Source of the DNA: an uncultured Pseudomonadota bacterium
GTDB lineage: Bacteria > Desulfobacterota > Binatia > Binatales > Binataceae
Assembly: GCA_963824565.1 (NCBI GenBank)
Contig: CAWGQB010000016.1
Location: 152,337 to 216,336, forward strand
Length of the DNA stretch: 64,000 nt
Reading direction: 5' to 3'
Positions within the stretch are counted from its first letter, which is position 1, and the number at the start of each line of letters is the position of its first letter. Positions 53,049 through 64,000 of this stretch are shown here, piece by piece. The position numbers and the translations under genes are program-made. A model generated the notes under the pieces. The model was not told the origin of the DNA. It was given only the letters and a program-made list of their open reading frames with translations, and searched no databases.

Positions 53049-53340
53049 GATGCAGATGAGTTCCCTGATGCAGGAGATGAACTCGAAGGGATAGAACTGG
53101 GAATTCGGCTCGGGGTATATCTCGATACTGGCCTGGCGATGCAACGAGCGCTGCGTGCATTGCTACCTCGACACAACGGCGAGATGACCTTCGAGGAGAT
53201 GGATGCTGCTGCCACAAGGACATCCAAATCAGCATCTACTCCATCGCCCCGAGATCCACGACGCCATCACGAAAATGCCGGGCTCATTGAGCAAGACTCT
53301 TTTCGGTATCGAACGACGGCCGGCTAGCGACTTTCGACTC
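53049..53340 (+). pseudogene. Remnant of a radical SAM / SPASM-type maturase gene (internal deletion plus in-frame stops).
   Basis: GTGAGGAG Shine-Dalgarno before the ATGs at 53049/53055. One frame reads MQMSSLMQEMNSKG*NWEFGSGYISILAWRCNERCVHCYLDTTAR*…HRPEIHDAITKMPGSLSKTLFGIERRPAS. The CxxxCxxC(Y) radical-SAM cluster motif and the 'PEIHD.iRG.GSF.kt' block lie only ~30 codons apart, versus ~100+ in intact enzymes. Confidence 0.5.
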
Positions 53341-53502
53341 CGCGATTTCGATCCGTTCAGTCGAGGGCGCTAAGCGGGACAATCTCGAATTGCTTGCGCT
53401 TGACGCGCCATTAAGTCGCAATGGCCCTGACCGGCTGGTTGGCTCCTCGCGCGACCCCGCCTTGAAGGGTGGGGCGGATCGGTGTTATCTTCGGTTTGGT
53501 GG

Positions 53503-53527
53503 AGTGGGCTCGTGCCCACTTTTTTAT
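53503..53527 (+). terminator. Intrinsic-terminator-like hairpin with a T-tract, ~60 nt upstream of rimP.
   Basis: AGTGGGC-tcgt-GCCCACT followed by TTTTTTATT. It may terminate transcription entering from the island, or act as a leader attenuator of the nusA-infB operon. Confidence 0.55.
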
Positions 53528-53589
53528 TGGTCCTGACTGGTTCCGTGTCGCGGTTTGGGGCGGAGGAGGCGGGCCAGCATCGGCGCATT

Positions 53590-54066
53590 ATGGTCCTACA
53601 GCTTCATCCGGTAGCCGGTAAGGTCATGGAATTGCTGGAGCCGCATGTCGAGCGGCAAGGCTTCGAGCTGGTCTCGGTGGAATACAAGGGCGGGTCGCGG
53701 GGCGGATTGTTACGGCTGTTCATCGATCGGCCCGGCGGCGGAATCTCGCTGGATGACCTGGCCGAAATCAGCCGCGTGGTCGGCGATTTGCTGGATGTGT
53801 ACGATCCGGTGGAAGGGCGCTACACGCTGGAGGTCTCCTCGCCGGGGATCAACCGGCCGCTGACCAAGCTGAGCCATTTCGAGCATTATCGCGGCCAGCG
53901 GGTCAAGGTCAGGACCCATCATGCGCACGAGGGACAGAAGTCGTTCGTGGGCGTTTTGACGGAGGTAAACCCGTCCGGTATTGAACTGGACGACGAGATA
54001 AGTAAACGCCGGTTGATGTTCGGCTTTGACGAAATCAAGGAGGCAAACTACGAGCATCAGTTTTAA
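53590..54066 (+). CDS. rimP: Ribosome maturation factor RimP.
   Basis: …LLEPHVERQGFELVSVEYKGGSRGGLLRLFIDRPGG…RYTLEVSSPGINRPL… fits the RimP family. First gene of the nusA-infB operon. Alternative start at 53626. Confidence 0.85.
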   Translation: MVLQLHPVAGKVMELLEPHVERQGFELVSVEYKGGSRGGLLRLFIDRPGGGISLDDLAEISRVVGDLLDVYDPVEGRYTLEVSSPGINRPLTKLSHFEHYRGQRVKVRTHHAHEGQKSFVGVLTEVNPSGIELDDEISKRRLMFGFDEIKEANYEHQF

Positions 54067-54149
54067 CCGCTAAGGCACCGCCGGTGGGCGGCGCCAATCC
54101 TGGCTGAGATGCCGGTTAGCGTGCGCGTGGGCGTGCGCGGGGAGGCCAA

Positions 54150-55542
54150 ATGCAGCTTGATCTGAACCGAGTCATTGAGCAGGTATCCAAGGAGAAGGGG
54201 ATCGACAAGGGGATCGTGATCGGCGCGGTGGAGGAAATGATGCACTCGGCCGCCAAACGCACGTTTGGCTCCGAGCGCACGATCGAATCGCGCTTTAACC
54301 CGGAGTTGGGTGAAATCGAGCTGTTCGAAATCAAAACCGTGGTCGAACAACCCGCCAACCCCGCGGAGATTTCACTGGAAGAGTCGCACGCCAAGTACGA
54401 TCCCGATGCCGAGATCGGCGACGAGATCCTGCTCAAGCTCGACACCGCCACGATGGGCCGGATAGCCGCCCAGGCCGCCAAGCAGAATCTTATCCAGCAT
54501 ATCCGCGACGCCGAGCGCAAACAGATTTACAGCGAATTCAAGGATCGCAAAAACGAAGTGGTCTCGGGCATCGTGCAGCGTTTCGAGCGCAAGAACATGA
54601 TCGTCAACCTCGGCCGCACCGAGGCGATTCTGCCGGAAAAGGAGCAGATTCCTCACGAGCGCTACCGCCAGAGCGATCGCATCCGCGCGCTGATCGCCGA
54701 GGTCGATCTGTCGGAAAAGGGGCTGTCGATCATTCTGTCGCGCACTTCCAACGACTTCCTGCGCAAGCTCTTCGAGCAGGAAGTGCCGGAGATTTATGAA
54801 GGCATCGTGGAGATCCGCCAGTGCGCGCGCGAACCGGGCGGACGGGCCAAGGTCGCGGTTTATTCCAATGATACCGACGTCGACCCGGTGGGTGCGTGCG
54901 TCGGGATGAAGGGCACCCGGGTTCAATCCGTGGTGCAGGAGTTGCGCGGCGAAAAGATCGACATCGTGCCATGGACCGAAGACCAGGCCGAACTGGTGTG
55001 CCGGGCGCTGGCGCCGGCCAAAGTCTCCAAGGTGATCATCGATGAGGACGAGCACGCGATGGAGGTGATTGTCCCTGACGACCAACTGTCGCTGGCAATC
55101 GGCAAGCGCGGTCAGAACGTGCGTCTGGCCCATCGGCTGACCGGATGGAAGCTCGATGTCGCGCAGCGAAGCCGAGGCGGAAGAGGAGGCGCGCGCGGCG
55201 CGGGCTTCGCTCAACGCGATACCGGGAGTGGGCGATATCAACGCCGAATTGTTGTATCAGTGGGGCTTCCGCTCGGCCGAGCAATTGGCGGAGACCGAGG
55301 AGGAGGCGCTGGAGATCGACGGCATCAGCCGCGAGCGTGCGCATCAGTTGATTGAGGCCGCGCTGGCCCACGTCGCGAACAAGAAGCGGATTGCGGAGGA
55401 AGCGGCCGCGGTGGCGGCGCAGGCCACCGCGGCATCCGTCGCGGCGGCGCAGGCGGCCGAAGTTGAAACGGCGCCGGCCGAAGTCGACACGGCGCCGGAC
55501 GGAAATGGCGGCGAGGAGACCAGCGGCGAAGCCGAATCATAA
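54150..55542 (+). CDS. nusA: Transcription termination/antitermination factor NusA, with an apparent frameshift near 55150.
   Basis: N-terminal domain, S1 domain, two KH domains (…GACVGMKGTRVQSVVQELRGEKIDIV…LAIGKRGQNVRLAHRLTGWKLDV) in frame 54150. Acidic C-terminal repeat region in the 55156 frame. Confidence 0.9.
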
Positions 55543-55813
55543 ACCGCAGCGGACCTGCATGGCCTGCCGTCAGGCTGATTCCAAGGAAGCCTTGGTCAGG
55601 GTGGCGGCGCGCTCCGATGGAGTGACGATCGATTGGAACGGTAAACTGGGTGGACGCGGTGGGTATTTGCATGCTCGCCGCCAATGCCTGGAGCTTTTTG
55701 TCAAAGCCAAGGTGAGCAAATTCAATTCGTTGGGACTTGGGCTGGATCGCGACGAGCGGGTGAATCTGATAAACATGCTGGTAGCGCATCTAGCTCCAAA
55801 CACGGGCGTTTAA
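55504..55813 (+). CDS. ylxR: YlxR/DUF448-family RNA-binding protein.
   Basis: …[11 protein letters not shown]…[14 protein letters not shown]… sits at the conserved position between nusA and infB. The start could be the ATG at 55504 or at 55559. Confidence 0.7.
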
Positions 55814-55826
55814 TAAAATAGGACGG

Positions 55827-58800
55827 ATGGCTCGAAAACGCATTAAGACACTCGCTCACGATTGGAACGTCTCGGTTGCCGACGTTATCCATAGCTGCGA
55901 ACGGTTGAAATTGAACCACGGTCGCCTTGATTCGAGCCTGCTGACCGGGGAAGAAGCCGAACGCGTCAAGGCCGACCTGGACGAGCAGTCCAATCGCGCA
56001 GCGATTTTGCGCCATGAGGTAGTGCTTGAAACGACCTCGGGCAAGGTGGTAGAGAAGCGCCTCAACGAGTCCATCATGCGCCGCCGCCACGCTGCGGAGC
56101 CCGAACCGTCGGCGCTCGCCACGTCCGCGGCGCCCTCGGCCGAACCCTTCCATTTCGAAGTTGAAGAAGAGCGCCAGGACGAATTTGTTGCCCCGTTTCT
56201 CGAGGAGCAGCCTGCGCCCCAGCCCGAGGTCCCGCTAATTCTTGAAGCCGAACCGTTGCCACCCGAGCCGCAACTTTCCGATAGCCTGCCGGTGGAGCCG
56301 AGCATGACCGCCGAGCCCGCGATCGGCGGAATGCCCGATCAACCCGACTCTGAACCGGCAGTGCAGGCTCCGCAAACCGATCAGCGGCCGGTGGAACAGC
56401 CGCCGGTCGCAGCGATGCCGGAGGCGCGGCCGGCGCAACCGGAGACGTCGGCCGCGACTGCGGCGCCCAAAGTGCAGACTCCGGCGGTTCGCGTTCCGCC
56501 GGCTCCTTCATCGCCGGCAGGTGCCAAACCCACGATTATCGTAGAGCGGCCGCGCCCCGCGGCGGTGCCGCCTGCGCCCTCCATCGGTCGGGAGCCACCC
56601 AGGATCGTGAGGCCGCCAGGGGGCCCGACCGTGATCAGCCTGACGCGTGGGCATGCTTCAGCTCCGGTTCTGGACGATCAGCAACAGGGGCCCAAGGTTC
56701 TTGGTAAGATCGATCTGCGCAAACCGGCGGCGCGTCCGGTATCTGGAGTTGGGGCGCCGGCTCGTCCGACGGGAGCGTTGGCGCGCCCAATCGGCACACC
56801 GGCCCGACCGACCGGCGTTCTGGCCCGTCCGGGTCCGGGTCAACCGATGCGCGGTGCACGTCCGGGGGCTCCGGGCCCGATGGAAGCACCGCAGATGCCG
56901 CCACCGGGTGGACAGGTTCCTGCCAAGCCGGGCGCGCGGCCGATCAAGAAAAAGCGGGTGGTCAAGAAAGAGGGCGGAGATCTGCAGTCCGAGCGCGAGA
57001 TGCGCGGCGCGCGGTTCCCCAAAAAGCGGCGCGCCATGCCCGGCAAAGAGCAGAAGAAGACCGAGATCACCACGCCCAGAGCCTCCAAGCGCGTGGTGCG
57101 GATTTCTGAAGGCGTAACGGTCGCGGATCTGGCTCGTAATATGGGTATCAAGGCCGGCGAGGTCATCAAGAAGTTGATGGTTCTCGGGGTGATGTCCACG
57201 GTTAACCAGGTGCTCGACGTCGATACCGCCACCCTGGTTGCCAACGAATTCGGCTACAACGTCGAGAACGTCGCGTTCGACGTTGAAGCGGCGATTGAAG
57301 CTGGAGGAGGCGAAGAAGTAGCCGTTGGCGAACTGACTCCGCGGCCGCCGGTGGTGACTATCATGGGTCATGTCGACCACGGCAAAACCTCGCTGCTCGA
57401 CGCGATCCGGCATACTGACGTGACCGCGGAGGAATTCGGCGGGATCACCCAGCATATCGGCGCCTACACGGTCGACGTCGACGGCCGCCGTATCACCTTC
57501 GTTGACACCCCGGGTCACGAGGCGTTTACCGCGATGCGCGCGCGTGGCGCCAAGGTCACCGATATCGTCATCCTGGTGGTGGCCGCGGACGAAGGGGTGA
57601 TGCCGCAAACTATCGAGGCGCTCAATCATGCCCGCGCCGCGAAAGTTCCGGTAATCGTCGCTATCAATAAAATCGATCGGCCCGAAGCCAACGTCGAGCG
57701 GGTCAAGCAGCAGCTCTCCGAACAGGGGCTGATCCCCGAAGATTACGGCGGCGACACGATCACCGTCGGAGTCTCGGCACGGACTCGCGAAGGTTTGGAC
57801 CGGCTCCTCGAGATGATCCTGCTGCAGGCCGAAATCCTCGACTTGAAGGCGAACGCCACCCGCTTGGCCCGTGGCACGGTGGTCGAGGCGCAACTGGATC
57901 GCGGCCGCGGCGCAGTCGCGACGGTGCTGGTTCAGGAAGGCACTTTGCATCAAGGCGACGCGTTCGTTGCCGGCACCTGCTATGGCAGGGTGCGCGCGAT
58001 GCTCAACCATCTTGGACAGCGCGTCACTGAAGCTGGTCCTTCGACCCCGGTGGAGATCTTCGGGCTTTCCGGCGTGCCCGAACCGGGAACGATGCTGGTG
58101 GCGGTGGCCGATGAATCCAAGGCCCGCCAGGTGGCCGAGTTCCGTCAGATCAAGGAGCGCGAGGGCGAACTGCAGAAGACCAGCCGGGTTTCGCTCGAAG
58201 ACCTGAGCCAACGGATGCGCGCCGGAGAGGTCAAGGACTTAAAGGTAATCGTCAAAGGCGACGTTCTGGGTTCGGTCGAGGCGCTTTCTGCTTATCTGCG
58301 CAGGCTCTCGACCGCCGAAGTCAAGGTCGACGTGATTCACGCGTCGGCCGGCGGTATCTCGGAGACTGATGTGTCGCTGGCGGCGGCCTCGGGCGCGGTT
58401 ATCATTGGCTTCAATGTGCGGCCCGAACCCAAAGCTGCCGCCTTGGCCGAGTCCGAGGGGGTCGACATCCGCCTCTACACCGTGATCTACGACGCGATCA
58501 ACGAGATGCGCGAGGCGATGGAAGGAATGCTGGCGCCGACCTATCGCGAGAAGCCGTTGGGACGGGCCGAGGTGCGCCAGATTTTCAATGTTTCCGGTTC
58601 AACGGTCGCGGGTTCGATGGTTCAGGATGGCAAGATTACCCGGGGATCGAGAGTGCGCCTGGTCCGCGACAGCCGGGTGGTGTGGGAAGGCAAGGTAGGG
58701 TCGTTGCGGCGCTTCAAGGACGACGCGCGCGAAGTGCTGTCGGGCTACGAATGCGGTATCGGGCTGGAGAATTACAACGACGTGAAGCCCGGCGACATCA

Positions 58801-58895
58801 TCGAGAGCTTCGAGATGGAAGCGGTCTCGCGCAAGCTCGGCATGCCCACGCCTGAGCCGATACAGGGCCAGATGGCGGCAGAGAAGCAGCTCTAG
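55827..58895 (+). CDS. infB: Translation initiation factor IF-2, intact (1022 aa).
   Basis: Long Pro/Ala-rich N-terminal region. GTPase domain ([26 protein letters not shown]). C-terminal beta-barrels. Confidence 0.97.
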   Translation: MARKRIKTLAHDWNVSVADVIHSCERLKLNHGRLDSSLLTGEEAERVKADLDEQSNRAAILRHEVVLETTSGKVVEKRLNESIMRRRHAAEPEPSALATSAAPSAEPFHFEVEEERQDEFVAPFLEEQPAPQPEVPLILEAEPLPPEPQLSDSLPVEPSMTAEPAIGGMPDQPDSEPAVQAPQTDQRPVEQPPVAAMPEARPAQPETSAATAAPKVQTPAVRVPPAPSSPAGAKPTIIVERPRPAAVPPAPSIGREPPRIVRPPGGPTVISLTRGHASAPVLDDQQQGPKVLGKIDLRKPAARPVSGVGAPARPTGALARPIGTPARPTGVLARPGPGQPMRGARPGAPGPMEAPQMPPPGGQVPAKPGARPIKKKRVVKKEGGDLQSEREMRGARFPKKRRAMPGKEQKKTEITTPRASKRVVRISEGVTVADLARNMGIKAGEVIKKLMVLGVMSTVNQVLDVDTATLVANEFGYNVENVAFDVEAAIEAGGGEEVAVGELTPRPPVVTIMGHVDHGKTSLLDAIRHTDVTAEEFGGITQHIGAYTVDVDGRRITFVDTPGHEAFTAMRARGAKVTDIVILVVAADEGVMPQTIEALNHARAAKVPVIVAINKIDRPEANVERVKQQLSEQGLIPEDYGGDTITVGVSARTREGLDRLLEMILLQAEILDLKANATRLARGTVVEAQLDRGRGAVATVLVQEGTLHQGDAFVAGTCYGRVRAMLNHLGQRVTEAGPSTPVEIFGLSGVPEPGTMLVAVADESKARQVAEFRQIKEREGELQKTSRVSLEDLSQRMRAGEVKDLKVIVKGDVLGSVEALSAYLRRLSTAEVKVDVIHASAGGISETDVSLAAASGAVIIGFNVRPEPKAAALAESEGVDIRLYTVIYDAINEMREAMEGMLAPTYREKPLGRAEVRQIFNVSGSTVAGSMVQDGKITRGSRVRLVRDSRVVWEGKVGSLRRFKDDAREVLSGYECGIGLENYNDVKPGDIIESFEMEAVSRKLGMPTPEPIQGQMAAEKQL

Positions 58896-58955
58896 TCGCG
58901 ATTGCTGCCGGGCTGGGGGCAGCAAGCTTCACGGGCGGTATGCGGTCGGACGGTT

Positions 58956-59243
58956 ATGGTTGTTGGAGTTCTGCGTCTTACGCTTTTCCTGCCGGAGAAT
59001 CATTCGCTCAAGGGCAAGCGTCAGGTTCTGCGTGCGATCAAGGATCGGGTGCGCAACAAGTTCAACGTCTCGATTGCCGAATCCGACGATCATGACCTGT
59101 GGCAGCGGGCCCAACTGGGAATCTGCCAGGTGGGGAGCGATCGGGCCTTCGTGGACAGCGCTTTGCGCCAGGTGGTTAACTTTATCGAATCCCTGGCACT
59201 GGCTCCGCTGGGCGAGGAGATAGTAGAGATTTTGCACTACTGA
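58956..59243 (+). CDS. DUF503-family protein (YlxP-like), 95 aa.
   Basis: Conserved small ORF between infB and rbfA (…VGVLRLTLFLPENHSLKGKRQV…). Confidence 0.7.
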   Translation: MVVGVLRLTLFLPENHSLKGKRQVLRAIKDRVRNKFNVSIAESDDHDLWQRAQLGICQVGSDRAFVDSALRQVVNFIESLALAPLGEEIVEILHY

Positions 59244-59294
59244 ATCGATTAATTTTTCGACATTCTCTTCAAAAACCTGAAACGCACAATTGAC

Positions 59295-59654
59295 ATGAAA
59301 GACATGCCAGGGGACGGCCGGAGGCCCGAGCGGGTGGCTGAGGCGGTCCTTCGTGAACTCTCAGCGCTGCTCTACCGCGATCTGAAAGACCCCCGGCTTC
59401 GCGGAGTGACGCTCACCGACGTCAAGATTACGCCTGACCTGCGGCACGCCCGCGTTTACTTTTCTCATTTGCAAGGAGCCGAGCGCGCCAAAGATGCGGT
59501 GGACGGCTTTCGCAGCGCCGCCGGCTTTATCCGTCAGAAGATCGGCCGCGGGCTGGGATTGCGCTATTCTCCCGAGCTTGAATTCGAATATGACGCCACC
59601 ATCGAGCGCGCCGCGCGCATCGACGCCCTGCTCCGCAAGGAGCAGTCCAGGTGA
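59295..59654 (+). CDS. rbfA: Ribosome-binding factor A.
   Basis: 119 aa, in the RbfA family (…RVAEAVLRELSALLYRDLKDPRLRGVTLTDVKITPDLRHARVYF…). Confidence 0.9.
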   Translation: MKDMPGDGRRPERVAEAVLRELSALLYRDLKDPRLRGVTLTDVKITPDLRHARVYFSHLQGAERAKDAVDGFRSAAGFIRQKIGRGLGLRYSPELEFEYDATIERAARIDALLRKEQSR

Positions 59655-59686
59655 AGGCTTAGATCGCTCTTCTCCGACTCGCGCCG

Positions 59687-60572
59687 ATGGACGGAATACT
59701 GCTCATCGACAAGCCGGCGGGTTTTGGCTCGGCCGAGATCGTCCGCAGGGTCAAACGATTTGTTAAACCCTCCAAGGTCGGGCATTTGGGCACGCTCGAT
59801 CCTTTCGCGACCGGGTTGTTGCCGATTTTGATCGGTGAGGCGACCAAGATCGCTCAGTTCCTCGAACATAGCGACAAGCGTTACCAGGGGATCATCGCGT
59901 TGGGTACCGAGACCGATACCCTGGATCGCACCGGTGCGGTCGTGCGGACCGCCGGCGTGGCCCGCCTCGATCCGGTCCGGATAGGTGAGATAGCCCGCCA
60001 ATTTACGGGCGAATTCGAGCAGGTTCCGCCGGTGTACTCGGCCATCAAACGCGCCGGAGTGCCGCTTTATAAGCTGGCGCGTCAGGGCGCGGAGCCGGAG
60101 CCGGCGCAGCCGCGCCGGGTCCAGGTCAAGTGCCTGGAACTGAGTATCGAAGGCGCCGATCTCTTGCGCTTTACCTTATGCTGTGCGACCGGCATGTACG
60201 TGCGCTCGCTTGGCCCGCGATATCGGTGTCGCTTTAGGAAGCGCCGCGCATCTGGCTGAATTGCGCCGGGTCGCCACGGCCGGATTCTCGATCGAGCAGT
60301 GTATCGCTCTGGATAAGGCGGTGGCGGCTTTCGAGCAGGGCCGCATTCCGGCGCTGATCGGGCTGGGTGAGGCGCTGCCCGAGATGGCATCGGTTGAAGT
60401 GGACGCAAGGTGTGGAGCGGCGGGTGCGCAACGGCGACGCGTCGGGACTGGTGAGTGCGGTCAGCATGGGATTGGGGCCATTCAAGGTGGTTTGCGAGTG
60501 GCATCGTTGGTTGCCATTGCAGAAGTCAGTTCCGACCGGCAAATCAACTTGCTGCGAGTATTCGCGGGTTAG
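59687..60572 (+). CDS. truB: tRNA pseudouridine(55) synthase TruB, with ≥2-3 apparent frameshifts near 60200 and 60400-60440.
   Basis: Catalytic motif HLGTLDPFATGLLPILIG and body in frame 59687. …RSLARDIGVALGSAAHLAELRR… and the PUA-like C-terminus (…VAIAEVSSDRQINLLRVF) are in the 60183 frame. A short middle stretch is in a third frame. Confidence 0.85.
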
Positions 60573-60681
60573 ATTGCCACCGTTGTGGACGTGTTTTCCG
60601 GAGGCGGCTTGTCTGAGAGGGGATCGCTATGTTACAGTTGCTCAGTCAACGAAAGGATAAAGGGAAAGTAAGAGTCTCCTG

Positions 60682-60951
60682 ATGCCCCTCGCCTCAGCCC
60701 GTAAGCGGGAAATAATTGGTTCGCACGCTCGTACGCAGACCGATAGCGGTTCGCCGGAAGTGCAAGTCGCACTTTTGACGGCCCGGATCGAGATGCTAAG
60801 CGAGCACTTCAAATCGCATGCAAAGGATCACCATTCCAGGGTTGGCCTGTTGCGTCTGGTCGGCAAGCGCCGCCGCTTGCTTGATTATCTGCGGGGATGC
60901 GATTTCGACCGCTACAAGACGCTGATCGAGAAATTGGGTATCCGGAGATAA
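60682..60951 (+). CDS. rpsO: 30S ribosomal protein S15.
   Basis: 89 aa (…[20 protein letters not shown]…). Confidence 0.95.
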   Translation: MPLASARKREIIGSHARTQTDSGSPEVQVALLTARIEMLSEHFKSHAKDHHSRVGLLRLVGKRRRLLDYLRGCDFDRYKTLIEKLGIRR

Positions 60952-60995
60952 GGCTGGTCGCCTTAGACTCTCAGCAAAAGACGGCTACACGTTGA

Positions 60996-61023
60996 CGATT
61001 GGCCGTCGCAGGGCTGATGACAG
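60996..61023 (+). promoter_or_regulatory. Stem-loop in the rpsO-pnp intergenic leader (candidate RNase III / autoregulatory hairpin).
   Basis: GACGGC-(16 nt)-GCCGTC hairpin about 70 nt upstream of the pnp ATG. Its position is analogous to the pnp leader hairpin known from E. coli. Confidence 0.3.
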
Positions 61024-61085
61024 AATCGCCCCGCTCTCTGTCTCGTTTGGGACAGCCGCTCCCACCTCCCTGAGGACAAATTAAT

Positions 61086-63193
<2,108 letters not shown>

Positions 63194-63197
<4 letters not shown>

Positions 63198-64000
63198 GGC
63201 GCAAATCCTTACTGTCCAACGGCGTGCGAGTTCTGACCGAGCCGATGCCGCAGTCACTGTCGGCCTCGATCGGAATCTGGGTGGAGAACGGTTCACGCTA
63301 CGAACAGCCGCACGAAAACGGCGTGTCCCACCTGATCGAGCATCTGCTGTTCAAGGGCACGCGGCGGCGCACGGCCGCGCAGATTGCCGAGGAAATCGAC
63401 GCAGTTGGCGGCGTGCTCAACGCGTTTACCGGCAAGGAATACACCTGCTATTACGCCAAGGTTGTCGGCACGGACCTGGAGATGGCAACCGACTTGCTCG
63501 GCGATCTGTTGCTGGAGTCGCTGTTCGACGCCGAGGAGATCAAGCGCGAGCAACAGGTGGTATTGCAGGAGATTTCGCAGGCCGAAGACACCCCTGACGA
63601 CTATATCCACGACCTGTTCAACCTCAAGATCTGGTCCGGCCATCCGCTCGCGCTGCCGATTGCCGGCAGCATCGCCACGGTTACCTCGCTGGATCGGGAC
63701 CTGATGACCTCGTTCATGGCCCAGCGTTATCGCGCCGAGCGGGTTTTTATCGCCGCGGCCGGCAAGGTCGATCACGACCAGCTGGTCGGCCAGTGCGAGC
63801 GTCTGTTTGGCAGTATTCAGGGCAACGGCAAGGCCGACACTATCAGCCCACCGAAGGTCCATTCCCTGGTGCTTAACCATGAGAAGCCGCTGGAGCAGGC
63901 ACACATCTGTATGGGCGGCCCCGGTATCGGCCAGGTCAACGAATCGCGCTACGCCGCCTATGTTCTGAATACCGCGCTGGGCGGCGGGATGTCGTCGCGC
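63194..64000 (+). CDS. M16-family zinc peptidase (pitrilysin-like), partial (3' end beyond the window).
   Basis: Inverted zinc motif HLIEHLLFKGT (HxxEH) near the N-terminus. The ATG overlaps the pnp stop (ATGA). Not in the ORF track because no stop falls inside the window. Confidence 0.85.

Noticed and set aside
53330-53530. Search for a tRNA or tmRNA integration target next to the island (also 46450-46680).
   Set aside because: No cloverleaf-compatible sequence (no GTTCRANYC T-loop or CCA context) was found on either strand.
56658-58211. 517-aa minus-strand ORF.
   Set aside because: Antisense to infB (GTPase region), with no recognisable domain. GC-rich reverse-frame artefact.

Overview
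High-GC (~65-68%) bacterial chromosomal segment, probably from a diderm (complete Mla lipid-transport operon) that uses F420-type chemistry (cofC, LLM-class oxidoreductase, three nitroreductase paralogues). Core housekeeping blocks are the heat-shock supraoperon hrcA-grpE-dnaK-dnaJ-hsp20-hsp20 (0.8-7.3 kb) and the rimP-nusA-ylxR-infB-DUF503-rbfA-truB-rpsO-pnp-M16 peptidase block (53.6-64 kb). Between them lie aroE, pyrE, hldD, panE, an AGPS+GNPAT-like (eukaryote-type ether-lipid) gene pair, an ALDH, a DnaQ-exonuclease/GIY-YIG fusion, GH63-like and GH57 glycosidases, an ABC-F ATPase, an ACAD plus paired hotdog dehydratases, and acetyl-CoA synthetase. The most unusual region is a lower-GC (~50-58%) island at ~46.7-53.3 kb. 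It is bounded by a decayed tyrosine-integrase remnant carrying a 20-bp tandem duplication and by a decayed radical-SAM/SPASM remnant. It encodes two large secreted beta-propeller proteins: a PQQ-repeat protein of ~580 aa and a lactonase-repeat protein of ~1000 aa with a novel Cys-rich N-terminal domain. A major caveat is that about 30 conserved genes (grpE, aroE, hldD, mlaF, nusA, truB and others) are split across reading frames. At two checked sites these splits are single-base indels in homopolymer runs, so they look like sequencing or assembly errors rather than real pseudogenes. Gene coordinates are therefore given as reconstructed spans. No rRNA, tRNA or CRISPR arrays were recognised.
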